DNA from: a candidate division WOR-3 bacterium
GTDB lineage: Bacteria > Hydrothermota > Tepidihabitantia > Tepidihabitantales > Tepidihabitantaceae
Assembly (NCBI GenBank): GCA_965649225.1
Contig: CBFGJX010000028.1
Location: 1-25,896, forward strand
Length of the DNA: 25,896 bases
Direction of reading: 5' to 3'
The notes under the pieces were generated by a model. The model was not told the DNA's origin. It did no database searches and was given only the letters and a program-made list of their open reading frames with translations. Shown here one piece after another: positions 1-8,460 of this stretch. Made by a program: the position numbers and the translations under genes. Positions within the stretch are counted from its first letter, which is position 1. Every line of letters begins with the position of its first letter.

Positions 1-193
1 GCCATCAACCTGCCTGCCGGCGACAAACGACACCGGCTCCGGTTGGCCTCTCGGCGCAACCGGCCGGGCAAGCCTCTAGCCGGGCAATCAGTTAGCGCCC
101 GGCCCGGGATTGCGATTACTGAAAACCGGCCGGTTTGAGACCGTCTCCCGACCGCCTCCAGGGCGGCGTGAGCCTGTGTCGGATGAGATGGCT

Positions 194-222
194 TGACAGG
201 AGAATTCCGGAGGACTACGATG
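194..222 (+). promoter_or_regulatory. Putative sigma70 promoter for the 325-645 gene
   Basis: TTGACA-N17-TACGAT, about 100 nt upstream of an AAGGAG RBS and the ATG at 325. Confidence 0.6.
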
Positions 223-324
223 ACCGGAGGTTGCATCGTGATGCGTGTGAAGCGACGTTGGCTGCGCCGGTGTTCGGCTGGCAGGTAACGTCGCCTTGTT
301 GTTTCTCGAACCAAAGGAGTCGAG

Positions 325-645
325 ATGCGCGGACCCTACCGACTGGAGCCGATTCGAGTCGATATGACGATTCCCAGTGGTGTGGGCGGGGTGTTCTGTT
401 TAGCGCACAATCCCGAACAGGTGGAGTACGTCGACCGTGCCGAAAAGGGCCTGCGCGATGCCATCAAGAGCCATGTCAACGAGTATCAGTACTACTGGTA
501 CGACGTGGCTTTGTCGCCGCGCGAGACCTTCGTCTATCACTGTGAGGCGTATCACCGACATTCCAGCACCCTTGGGCTGGGACGGACCGAGCATCCCAAG
601 CCGCCGGAGTCGCTGGAAGTCAAGTGCCCGATCTGCGGGCAGTAG
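325..645 (+). CDS. Small degenerate GIY-YIG-like protein with C-terminal CPxC
   Basis: AAGGAG RBS; pattern GGVFCL...YVDRA..LRDAIKSH...HCEAYH...HPKPP...CPIC resembles small GIY-YIG-like proteins (recalled family pattern). Confidence 0.7.
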   Translation: MRGPYRLEPIRVDMTIPSGVGGVFCLAHNPEQVEYVDRAEKGLRDAIKSHVNEYQYYWYDVALSPRETFVYHCEAYHRHSSTLGLGRTEHPKPPESLEVKCPICGQ

Positions 646-657
646 GTTCAGGGACCG

Positions 658-673
658 GACCGGCCGGCCGGTC
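658..673. terminator. Palindrome between convergent genes, possible terminator
   Basis: Perfect 16-bp palindrome GACCGGCCGGCCGGTC between the stop codons at 645 and 673; no U-tract. Confidence 0.3.
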
Positions 674-1119
674 TAGAACGGAATGTCGTCCAGTCCGCTG
701 GGCGGAATCGCCGCGTCGTCCTCTTCAGAACGTTGAGTAGTGCGGGCGCCGCCGGTTTCCGGTGAGCTCGGCTGCCGATCCAGTACCTGGGTACGGGAAG
801 ACCAGATTTCAACCGCGGAGCGCTTTTCACCGGATTTGCTTTCCCATTCGCGACTGCGCAACTGACCCTCGACCAGCACGGCGGACCCGCGCTTCAGCTG
901 GCCGCTCAGTCGTTCCGCCGCCGGCCCCCAGACATTGACGGTGAAGTAGGAGGTATCGTCCTTCCACTCGTCGGTCGCCTTGTCTTTGTAGCGGCGATTG
1001 ACGGCGATGCGAAAGCTGAGCACCGCCGCACCGCTGGGGGCATAACGCAGGTCCGGATCCATTGTTACCCGCCCCATCAGAACGACATAGTTGAGGCTGC
1101 CCAGACGCAGATCAGCCAT
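673..1119 (-). CDS. ssb: Single-stranded DNA-binding protein
   Basis: LNYVVLMGRVTMDPDLRY, VEGQLRSREWE and C-terminal DDIPF; start reassigned to the ATG at 1119, overlapping the rpsF stop. Confidence 0.97.
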   Translation of the reverse strand: MADLRLGSLNYVVLMGRVTMDPDLRYAPSGAAVLSFRIAVNRRYKDKATDEWKDDTSYFTVNVWGPAAERLSGQLKRGSAVLVEGQLRSREWESKSGEKRSAVEIWSSRTQVLDRQPSSPETGGARTTQRSEEDDAAIPPSGLDDIPF

Positions 1120-1501
1120 TGTCGGCCTCGGGGACGGGTTCGGTTGCCGCGGTCGGTTCGACATCGGGCTGCTCGGCTGGCGGCTCAACCGGTGTCGGTT
1201 CGGACGGCATTTCGGGCTGGAGCGGTTTGCGGACGAATGCCATTCGAATCAGCCCTTCGCGGTGACGGAGCTCGCGCTGGATAGTCTGGGGCATGGCAGT
1301 GGGGGCGTCACACTCGATAAAGATGTAGTGCGCCTCGGTCCAGCGCTTGATTGGATAGGCCAGCGGCCGGCGCTCGATGCGCGTACCGGTGGTCACCGCC
1401 TGCATTCCGGCGAGCAGGTCGCGGGTTTCCTGAGCGATTTTCTCGACCTCTTTTTCCGGTACATCGGGGTTGACGATCAGAGCTATCTCGTAGTGGTTCA
1501 A
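1112..1501 (-). CDS. rpsF: 30S ribosomal protein S6
   Basis: MNHYEIALIVNP, RRPLAYPIK; TTG start with GAGGAGG RBS; directly upstream of ssb; Pro/Glu-rich tail. Confidence 0.93.
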   Translation of the reverse strand: MNHYEIALIVNPDVPEKEVEKIAQETRDLLAGMQAVTTGTRIERRPLAYPIKRWTEAHYIFIECDAPTAMPQTIQRELRHREGLIRMAFVRKPLQPEMPSEPTPVEPPAEQPDVEPTAATEPVPEADNG

Positions 1502-1510
1502 AACTTCCTC

Positions 1511-1540
1511 CTCAAACCCGGCAGGGCCGGGGGTTGTGAG
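1511..1540 (-). promoter_or_regulatory. Candidate S6:S18-type leader hairpin overlapping the rpsF RBS
   Basis: mRNA CUCA-CAACC-CCCGGC-CCU-GCCGGG-UU-UGAG(GAGG): stem with a C-rich internal loop whose lower stem pairs into the SD. Confidence 0.45.
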
Positions 1541-1553
1541 TTGTGGTTATTGT

Positions 1554-2606
1554 TCATCGGAATCGGATCAGCAGGACGTCACCGTCCTGGACGATGTAGC
1601 CTTTACCTTCGATCTTGACATGGCCGGCGTCACGGGCGGCGGCAAAGCTGCCGGCCGCGACAAGATCGCGGTGATTGACAACCTCGGCACGGATGAAACC
1701 GGCGCCAAGGTCGGTATGAATCATCGTTGCGGCATCGAGAGCGGTCGTGCCGCGCGGTGCCGCCCAGGCGCGCGACTCGGTGCCTTTGACGGTGTAGAAG
1801 CGGATCAGGTCAAGGGCACGGAAGCAGGCGGCGACAATCGCGGCCGGACCGTCGGGATGCAGGCCAAGCGCGGCGCGCAGTTCGGCGCGTTCGGGCGGAG
1901 TGAAGTCGGCGATGCCGTTCTCGAGCGCCGCCGAAAACAGCAGGCTGTTGCGGCTGGCGAGAACCGGGAAACGGGTCGGGTCGGCGGGCTCGCTGTCCGA
2001 GCAGTTGATGCAATAGATGACCGGCCGCAGGGTGATGAGGCCCAGGTCGCGCACCGCCCGCCGCTCGTCGGCGGCGAGGGCAGGCAGTGTCGAACCGGCC
2101 GCCAGTGCGGAGTGGAGCTTTTCCAGTGCCGCGAGCAGTGGGGCGTTGTCCGGGGTCCTGGGTTCCTTGCGGACGTGTTCGAGCCGGCGTTCAACGATGG
2201 CAAAGTCGGCAACCGCCAGTTCAGTTTCGACAATTGCCGCGTCGCGGTCGGGGTCGACCGTATCGAGCACGTGCGGGATGTCGCCGGCCGTGAAGTTGCG
2301 GACGACGTGGAGAATCAGGTCGGATTCGCGGATGTGGGCGAGGAAACGATTGCCGAGACCTTCGCCCTGACTGGCGCCCTTGACCAGCCCGGCGATGTCG
2401 ACGAACTCGATGTGCGCGGGAGTGAGTTTTTCCGGATGGAGCAGCCGGCCGATTTCCGCCAGGCGTTCGTCCGGTACGATTGCCGTGCCGACGTTGCGGT
2501 CAACGGTCGTGAAGGGAAACAGGTCAACCCGGGCGCCGGCCGAGGTGAGCAGGTTGAACAGCGAGGACTTGCCGGCGTTGGGCAGGCCGACGAGACCGAC
2601 TTTCAC
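1554..2606 (-). CDS. ychF: Ribosome-binding ATPase YchF (Obg family)
   Basis: GLPNAGKS, DIAGLVKGASQGEGLGNRFL, IHTDL..GFIRAEV, EGKGYIVQDGD; follows pth. Confidence 0.95.
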   Translation of the reverse strand: MKVGLVGLPNAGKSSLFNLLTSAGARVDLFPFTTVDRNVGTAIVPDERLAEIGRLLHPEKLTPAHIEFVDIAGLVKGASQGEGLGNRFLAHIRESDLILHVVRNFTAGDIPHVLDTVDPDRDAAIVETELAVADFAIVERRLEHVRKEPRTPDNAPLLAALEKLHSALAAGSTLPALAADERRAVRDLGLITLRPVIYCINCSDSEPADPTRFPVLASRNSLLFSAALENGIADFTPPERAELRAALGLHPDGPAAIVAACFRALDLIRFYTVKGTESRAWAAPRGTTALDAATMIHTDLGAGFIRAEVVNHRDLVAAGSFAAARDAGHVKIEGKGYIVQDGDVLLIRFR

Positions 2607-3172
2607 GATGCAGCTCCAGTTGCCGGTGGCGGGTTGTAACGGTTCATCGCCGTGGCAATGCCGCAGGTGACGACGGTGATGCAGGCGTCGGCAGCGCGGT
2701 CAAGGAGTTCGGGAAGGGCCGACCGCTGTTCGGGCGGGAATTCGCCGAGCACCCAGTCAACCGCATCCGCTTCCGGCGGCGGCGAGCCGACGCCGACCCG
2801 CAGGCGCGGAAAGCTGGTGGTGCCGAGCTGCTGGATGATCGAGCCGAGCCCCTTGTGACCGCCGTCCGAGCCGCGGGTGCGGATACGCAGGCGACCGAAG
2901 GGCAGGGCGATGTCATCACAGACGACCAGGAAATCGTCCGGTTCGCTTTCGAGCTGACTGCGGACCGGGATGCCGGACTGGTTCATCCACAGCATCGGCT
3001 TAACCAGCACCAGCGGGCGGCCGGCGAGTTCGCGGCGGCAGACCAGGCGGCCGGGCAGTCGGCGGTACCGACCGTGCAGACGCCGGGCAATGGTGTCGAC
3101 GACCATGAACCCGACGTTGTGGCGGGTGTCGGCGTAGTCTTCGCCGGGATTGCCGAGCCCGAAAACCGTCAC
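2603..3172 (-). CDS. pth: Peptidyl-tRNA hydrolase
   Basis: GLGNPG..Y..TRHNVGF, MNQSG, GSDGGHKGL, RLRVGVG. Confidence 0.97.
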   Translation of the reverse strand: MTVFGLGNPGEDYADTRHNVGFMVVDTIARRLHGRYRRLPGRLVCRRELAGRPLVLVKPMLWMNQSGIPVRSQLESEPDDFLVVCDDIALPFGRLRIRTRGSDGGHKGLGSIIQQLGTTSFPRLRVGVGSPPPEADAVDWVLGEFPPEQRSALPELLDRAADACITVVTCGIATAMNRYNPPPATGAAS

Positions 3173-3176
3173 CGCG

Positions 3177-3872
3177 TTACTTCTTTTCTTCCTTGCCGCC
3201 CTTGGCCTTGCCTTTTTCCTCTGCAGCCGCTTCTTCCTCAGCCGGCTTCTTTTCTTTGATTACCTCGGGTTCGGTTGGAGCAGCCTCGGCAGCGGCGGCT
3301 TCGGTGGTCGTGGTTTCGACCAGCTTGCGCGGCGCCAGGACCGTGACGATGGCCGAGTCAAGCGGCAGGCCGTATTCCAGGTCGGGCCGGCCGAGGTCGG
3401 CGATGTGCAGACTCTGGCCGACGCCGAGATGGCTGATATCGGCATCGAAATGCTCTGGAATCTTGTCGATGGTGGCACGTACCGGTACTTCCCGACGGAT
3501 GTATTCGAGGATGCCGCCCATCTTGGTGCCTTCGGGCGTTCCGTGCAGCACGACCGGGACTTCGATGGTGATTTTTTCGCCGGGGTGGACCTTCTGAAAG
3601 TCAACGTGGAGCAGTCGGCCGGTGATCGGGTTGCGCTGCAGGGTCTTGATGACACAGCGCAGGGGCTGACCGTCAATATCCAGGTCAACGATCGGGCTGT
3701 GCCCGCGCAGACGGACGAGCAGCATATCGAAGTCGTGGGCATTGAGGCTGAGCAGGATTGACGGGTCGCCGTGACCGTAAAGCACGGCCGGCAGGGCTCC
3801 GTCGCGGCGCAGTCGCCGCACCGGACTCTTGCCGACAGCGGTTCGGCTGGTTGCTTTGATAGTGTATGCCAT
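3177..3872 (-). CDS. rplY: 50S ribosomal protein L25 (Ctc, long form)
   Basis: RRLRRDGALPAVLYG, LLHVDF, EPEVIKEKK tail; AGGAG RBS; lies between prs and pth. Confidence 0.96.
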   Translation of the reverse strand: MAYTIKATSRTAVGKSPVRRLRRDGALPAVLYGHGDPSILLSLNAHDFDMLLVRLRGHSPIVDLDIDGQPLRCVIKTLQRNPITGRLLHVDFQKVHPGEKITIEVPVVLHGTPEGTKMGGILEYIRREVPVRATIDKIPEHFDADISHLGVGQSLHIADLGRPDLEYGLPLDSAIVTVLAPRKLVETTTTEAAAAEAAPTEPEVIKEKKPAEEEAAAEEKGKAKGGKEEKK

Positions 3873-3881
3873 GGTTCTCCT

Positions 3882-4823
3882 CTAGATAAACAGTGAGCTC
3901 ACCGACTCGCCGCGATGGATGCGGAAGATGGCCTCGGCCAGCAGGGCAGAGACGGAGAGCACCTTGATCTTGTCGTTCTGGCCCGGCGGTGGTTGTTCGA
4001 TGGTGTCGGTAACGATCACCAGTTCAAACTCCGGGCCGTTGAGCCGCTCGCGGGCCGGGCCGGAGAGGACGCCGTGGGTTGCGGCGGCAATGACGCTTCT
4101 GGCTCCAGCGGCGAGCAGGGCACGGGCGGCACCGACGAGCGTGCCGCCGGTGTCAATCATGTCGTCGAATATCAGCGCGCGGCAGCCGGCGACTTCGCCG
4201 ACAATGTTGTGGACTTCGCTGCGGTTGGGTTCGGGCCGGCGCTTGTCGATGATGGCAATCGGGATGTCTTCGCCAAGGCGCTGGGCAAAACCCCGGGCCC
4301 GGTTGGCCCGGCCGGTGTCGGGCGCGACGACCACGATGTTGTCGAGGCTCGTGGAGCGGAAGTAATCGACCAGCACCGGCGTGGCGTAGAGATGGTCAAC
4401 CGGAATGTCGAAGAAGGCCTGAATCTGCTCGGCGTGGAGTTCCATGGTCAGTACCCGATCGGCACCGGCCCGCTCGATCAGATTGGCGACGAGTTTTGCC
4501 GATACCGGAACGCGCGGCCGGTCTTTGCGGTCCTGACGGGCGTAACCGTAGTAGGGTATGACTGCCGTAATCCGGTCGGCCGAAGCCCGGCGCAGCGCAT
4601 CAATCATCAACAGCAGTTCAAAGAGATTGTCGGCGGGCGGATTGGTCGGCTGAATGACAAAGACGTCAGCACCACGGACGCTTTCCCGGATATTGACCCG
4701 GATTTCACCGTCAGCGAAGTTTCGCAGCTCGGCTTCGCCCAGTGCGACGTCGAGATGAGATGCAATCCGGCGGGCCAGCGGCAGATTGGAACGGCCTGAG
4801 AGCACCTTCAACTGACCAGTCAT
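3882..4823 (-). CDS. prs: Ribose-phosphate pyrophosphokinase
   Basis: FADGE, PYYGYARQDRK, DDMIDTGGT; start at ATG 4823 with AGGAG RBS (the longer ORF runs into the tRNA). Confidence 0.98.
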   Translation of the reverse strand: MTGQLKVLSGRSNLPLARRIASHLDVALGEAELRNFADGEIRVNIRESVRGADVFVIQPTNPPADNLFELLLMIDALRRASADRITAVIPYYGYARQDRKDRPRVPVSAKLVANLIERAGADRVLTMELHAEQIQAFFDIPVDHLYATPVLVDYFRSTSLDNIVVVAPDTGRANRARGFAQRLGEDIPIAIIDKRRPEPNRSEVHNIVGEVAGCRALIFDDMIDTGGTLVGAARALLAAGARSVIAAATHGVLSGPARERLNGPEFELVIVTDTIEQPPPGQNDKIKVLSVSALLAEAIFRIHRGESVSSLFI

Positions 4824-4850
4824 TTCTCCTCGCTTTGCAGTCGCCAGAGC

Positions 4851-4922
4851 CTGGGGCGGAAGGAGTCGAACCTTCATAACAGGATCCAAAGTCCTGGGTC
4901 CTGCCAGTTGAACGACGCCCCA
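4851..4922 (-). tRNA. tRNA-Gln (anticodon TTG)
   Basis: Acceptor TGGGGCG/CGCCCCA, anticodon arm CAGGA-CTTTGGA-TCCTG, T-arm GAAGG-TTCGACT-CCTTC; CCA not encoded; classic ispE-tRNAGln-prs position. Confidence 0.96.
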
Positions 4923-4946
4923 AGAGATTTCGTTCCGGGCAGCGGT

Positions 4947-5804
4947 CTAAAGCGATTGGGTGCTGATGCAGGGGATACCGAGACGCGCGGTTGCGGCCAT
5001 CGGGTCGTGGCGGTCCTGTTCAGTCACCAGGCCATAGACCGTACTGCCGGAGCCGGACAATGCCGCCGCCCAGGCACCTGACTGGAGGAGCTTTGCCTTG
5101 GCGCGGGCAAGCTCTGGCCAAGCGCGAAAAACGACCGGTTCAAAGTCGTTACGGATGAGCGCGGCCGCCTTGTCCAGCTCGTTGCGCCTCAGGCGCAACG
5201 CCAGCATCTTAGGCGAAAAATCAATACGAGTCAAACTGTGCCGGCGCGAACGGTCAAGCGCGGCATAGGCCCAGGCCGTGGGTACGGGATGGCCGGGAAA
5301 GTGCAGCAGCAGATACAGGCGGGGCAGTTTGATGGGCCGCAGACGTTCGCCGCGTCCCCGGCCGATGGTCGGGCCGGGGTAAAGAAAACAGGCGACGTCG
5401 CTGCCCAGGCGCCCGGCGATGTGGCGGAGAATGTGCGGCGCAAGCGGGTTACCGAAGAGACGGTTGAGACCCAGCAGCGTTGTCGCGGCGTTGGACGAGC
5501 CGCCACCCAGGCCGGCACCGGTCGGTATGCGCTTGGTGATGTTGATGGCGCAGCCGGCACTGATGCGGGCAACGGAAAAGAAAGCCTCGACCGCGCGCCA
5601 GGCCAAATTGCCTTCATTGGTCGGCAGCGTCGGGTCGCTGCAGCGCAGCTTGATGCCGGCGGCGCGGCGCTCGATACGAATCGTGTCGCCAAATCGCAGC
5701 GGTACAAAGATTGTTGTGATGTCGTGATAGCCGTCGGGCCGGCGCGGGCCGACGGCAAGACCGAGGTTAATCTTGGCCGGGGAGTGGAGCGTAACAGCGC
5801 GCAC
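4947..5804 (-). CDS. ispE: 4-diphosphocytidyl-2-C-methyl-D-erythritol kinase
   Basis: SPAKINLGL, RPDGYHDI, KRIPTGAGLGGGSSNAA, LGSDV, LSGSGSTV. Confidence 0.97.
   Translation of the reverse strand: MRAVTLHSPAKINLGLAVGPRRPDGYHDITTIFVPLRFGDTIRIERRAAGIKLRCSDPTLPTNEGNLAWRAVEAFFSVARISAGCAINITKRIPTGAGLGGGSSNAATTLLGLNRLFGNPLAPHILRHIAGRLGSDVACFLYPGPTIGRGRGERLRPIKLPRLYLLLHFPGHPVPTAWAYAALDRSRRHSLTRIDFSPKMLALRLRRNELDKAAALIRNDFEPVVFRAWPELARAKAKLLQSGAWAAALSGSGSTVYGLVTEQDRHDPMAATARLGIPCISTQSL
5206..5234 (-). promoter_or_regulatory. Internal sigma70 promoter in ispE, pointing at tRNA-Gln-prs
   Basis: Minus strand TTGACT-N17-TAAGAT in an AT-rich patch of a GC-rich gene. Confidence 0.65.
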
Positions 5805-5810
5805 GGTCGG

Positions 5811-8321
5811 CTAGCGTTCGAAGAATGACGAACGCGGGTCCACGCGCCAGTAGGAGTCAAAGAGTCCGGCGGCGCGGACTCCGGCCCAACCGCGCTGGCG
5901 CCAGCGCCGGTCAAAGACGATAAAATCGGGCGCACCCGCTCCGGAGTAGGCGAATCCCCAGGCCGCGGCCAGCCGGGTTGCAGTCGCATCGGTGCCCATG
6001 CGCACCAGCATCAGCCGTTCGGGATTGAACGGGCTGGGCCGGACAAACACCGCGGCCGCACTGTCGCCGAGGTCGCGGCCGGCGAATTCGAGCCGGCCGG
6101 CCCTGATACGGCAGGGGAGTCCGGCCGCAATGCGCTCGGCAATCGTGTTCTGAGCGGGGCCGCCGAAGAGCACGATATTGCGCTGGGAGAGCAGGCTGTC
6201 GGTGACTGCGGTGTCGGCGAGAACCGGTGCATCGCCATTGGCGATGAGCCACCAGCGCAGTGCTTCCTGAACGGCGGCGTGAGCAAGGTCGCGCGCCAGC
6301 GCGGTGTCGCGCGTGCCGTAGATGAGCGCGAACGGTTTCATCAGGGCCTGACGCGCCGGGCCGTACCGCGTCGGAGTCTTGGCAAGGCCGTCAGGCCAGT
6401 TCGGACCGAAGCGCCACCGCCCATCCTTGCGGTGGAATGTGAACCGGCCGGGCGGTGTCAGTCGGCCACCGACGCGCACACCGTCAATCTCGACGCGCAC
6501 CGGTCCGGCAAAGAACGGTGCGCCATCGAGCTTCAGCGCGAACTGGTCAACATTCTGCGTCGTCACCTGCACCAGCGAGTCACCGGCCCGGGCATCGATG
6601 ACGGCATCCTGGCCAACCACGGCCACGCGGTCGATCGCGACCCAGTAGGAGGAATGCGCGGTACCGAGGTCGGCGGTGCGGAACCGGACGCGGCGCGGGC
6701 CGGGGTCGCGGCGTTTCTCGCGGATGAAGCTCATCAGCGCGGTATCGTCAACGCAGGTGAGGTCGAGGTCCTCGTAGACGTACCAGTGGCCGCGACCGGG
6801 GACCTCGTGCAAGGTAACGTCGAGTCCGAGTTCGTCGGCCCACATCTTGAAGTTGCGCGCGTGCAGGGGCGGTACGTTGTCGTCATCGCCGCCGTGCAGA
6901 ATGAAGTACGGCAGGTTGAGCGCATTTTCGAGCAGCGCGGCGGTGTTGTCCGAGCGCAGGACCCGGTCGCGGATGGCGAGCGCGCCGGGCTGGGCAAAGA
7001 TGGCACTGCGCTGGAGAAACCACGGTACGTAGAGCTGGTGCGTGGGCCAGCCGGCCTGCGGCGCGGCGACGGCGAACCGGTCAGGATGGGTCAGGCCGAC
7101 GTGCCAGGTGCCGTGGCCGCCCATCGAGCCGCCAACAAGCAGCACGCGATCCGGGTCGATGGGCAGGCGGGCGAGAATCGTGTCCAGCACTTCCATTGCG
7201 TCGAGCCGGCCCCAGTCCTGCCAGTCAAAACCGTACTTGCGACGGTTGGTGGGCGCGACGACGAACGCCCAGTCTTTCTGTTTGTACGCCCGGGCCTGGC
7301 CGTCGGCCTCGACCCCGGCGCCGTGCAGTGTGAAGATGACCGGGTAGCGGCGTTGCGGGTCATAGTTTCTGGGGTAGAGCACGGCGTAGTACTGCACCGA
7401 AGAATCAATGGCGGAAAGGAATGTGACGCGGCGGACTTCGTCGGGCCGGCGGATGTCGAGCCGCAGCGTTTCACTGAACGCGACCGAGTCGCCGAGGTGC
7501 GTCTCGACCACGAGCGGCAGGGACTTGTGCGCGCTGTCCCAGGGCTGGCGCGGCAGCCGGATTCGGACGGGCAGTTTGCGCGCGCCATATGCGGGCAGGT
7601 CGACCACGGAGCGGCCGACCGCGCTGTCAGCGAGCAGCACGCGTACGGAGACTCTTTTCAGCGGTGATGACGACAGGTTCTGGACCGGCAGACCGAGCCA
7701 GGCGTCCAGCAGAGAGTCGGCCACGAGGTCGGGGCGGGTCGCATCGGCACTGACCGTGCGCACGTCGGCCGGCACCGGCACGAGCCGGAACCGCACCCGG
7801 TCGTCGCCGAAACCGGCGAGGCGCAGCAGGACACGATTGACCCCGGAGTCCAGCTCGACCGGGCAGGAAAACCAGCCCGAAGCGTAGACATCGCCGGTGT
7901 AGCCGCGGCCGTTGAGCGTGAAAGAGCCAAGCCGCGTGGCCTGGGCCAGGGCGCGGCCGGCGCGAGGAGAGGAGAACTCGGCATAGGCAAAGCCGGAGCA
8001 GTAGAGCCCGGCGTTGCCATAGTAGTCCTGCAATGTGTCCCAGCGTACGCCCTGCCAGTCGGTGGCGAGCCAGCCCGTGGAGTCGACCGCGACCTTGCGG
8101 GCCAGCGTGACGCCGCCCTGCACGAGGCCCGAGTAGTAGGTGTCGCCGACCGCGGGCCGGAACGTCGCCGCGTCGTCGATGACCGGGACTATTCCCTCGC
8201 GCGGCGCGGCGGGAAACGGCCCGCCGACAATCCACTCGCGGATGTCGATGGTGTCGGTGATGGGCGGCAGTGCCGCAGCCGCGGCCGCAAGGAGCAGGAC
8301 AGCAGTCGGTAGTCTTCGCAT
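5811..8321 (-). CDS. Secreted multidomain alpha/beta hydrolase (S9 peptidase/esterase-like)
   Basis: Signal peptide; FTLHGAG, nucleophile elbow GGSMGG, HGGDDDNVP, GRGHW (Ser-Asp-His triad). Confidence 0.85.
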   Translation of the reverse strand: MRRLPTAVLLLAAAAAALPPITDTIDIREWIVGGPFPAAPREGIVPVIDDAATFRPAVGDTYYSGLVQGGVTLARKVAVDSTGWLATDWQGVRWDTLQDYYGNAGLYCSGFAYAEFSSPRAGRALAQATRLGSFTLNGRGYTGDVYASGWFSCPVELDSGVNRVLLRLAGFGDDRVRFRLVPVPADVRTVSADATRPDLVADSLLDAWLGLPVQNLSSSPLKRVSVRVLLADSAVGRSVVDLPAYGARKLPVRIRLPRQPWDSAHKSLPLVVETHLGDSVAFSETLRLDIRRPDEVRRVTFLSAIDSSVQYYAVLYPRNYDPQRRYPVIFTLHGAGVEADGQARAYKQKDWAFVVAPTNRRKYGFDWQDWGRLDAMEVLDTILARLPIDPDRVLLVGGSMGGHGTWHVGLTHPDRFAVAAPQAGWPTHQLYVPWFLQRSAIFAQPGALAIRDRVLRSDNTAALLENALNLPYFILHGGDDDNVPPLHARNFKMWADELGLDVTLHEVPGRGHWYVYEDLDLTCVDDTALMSFIREKRRDPGPRRVRFRTADLGTAHSSYWVAIDRVAVVGQDAVIDARAGDSLVQVTTQNVDQFALKLDGAPFFAGPVRVEIDGVRVGGRLTPPGRFTFHRKDGRWRFGPNWPDGLAKTPTRYGPARQALMKPFALIYGTRDTALARDLAHAAVQEALRWWLIANGDAPVLADTAVTDSLLSQRNIVLFGGPAQNTIAERIAAGLPCRIRAGRLEFAGRDLGDSAAAVFVRPSPFNPERLMLVRMGTDATATRLAAAWGFAYSGAGAPDFIVFDRRWRQRGWAGVRAAGLFDSYWRVDPRSSFFER

Positions 8322-8342
8322 TGGGCAGAATATAGCCGAGCA

Positions 8343-8391
8343 GGGGCAAGGGGCAAGTCAGCAGCCAAAGGTCGGGAGCCAGATGTCAAAG
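8343..8391 (+). repeat. Degenerate 7-nt tandem repeat (7 units)
   Basis: GGGGCAA GGGGCAA GTCAGCA GCCAAAG GTCGGGA GCCAGAT GTCAAAG in exact 7-nt phase. Confidence 0.55.
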
Positions 8392-8426
8392 CCGCCGTCA
8401 GCCGCGAGCTGTCGGCCGGCTGGTGC

Positions 8427-8454
8427 TTGACGCCACTCTGCCCAAGCCTATGCT
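8427..8454 (+). promoter_or_regulatory. Putative sigma70 promoter giving a leaderless mRNA for the kinase
   Basis: TTGACG-N16-TATGCT followed by 6 nt and then ATG 8461; no SD. Confidence 0.55.
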
Positions 8455-8460
8455 TCGGCC

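Noticed and set aside
1..190. Partial gene at the left edge
   Set aside because: No recognisable protein in any frame; a minus-strand ATG at position 5 cannot be evaluated
1554..2606. Divergent YchF motifs (DLFPFTT, NCSD) as a sign of new function
   Set aside because: The architecture and position after pth are standard; this is likely lineage drift
4824..4889. N-terminal extension of prs in the ORF track
   Set aside because: It overlaps tRNA-Gln, and a good RBS precedes ATG 4823
1536..7667. Long + strand ORFs (367, 294, 462 aa and others) opposite housekeeping genes
   Set aside because: Antisense shadows of GC-rich genes with no motifs or RBS
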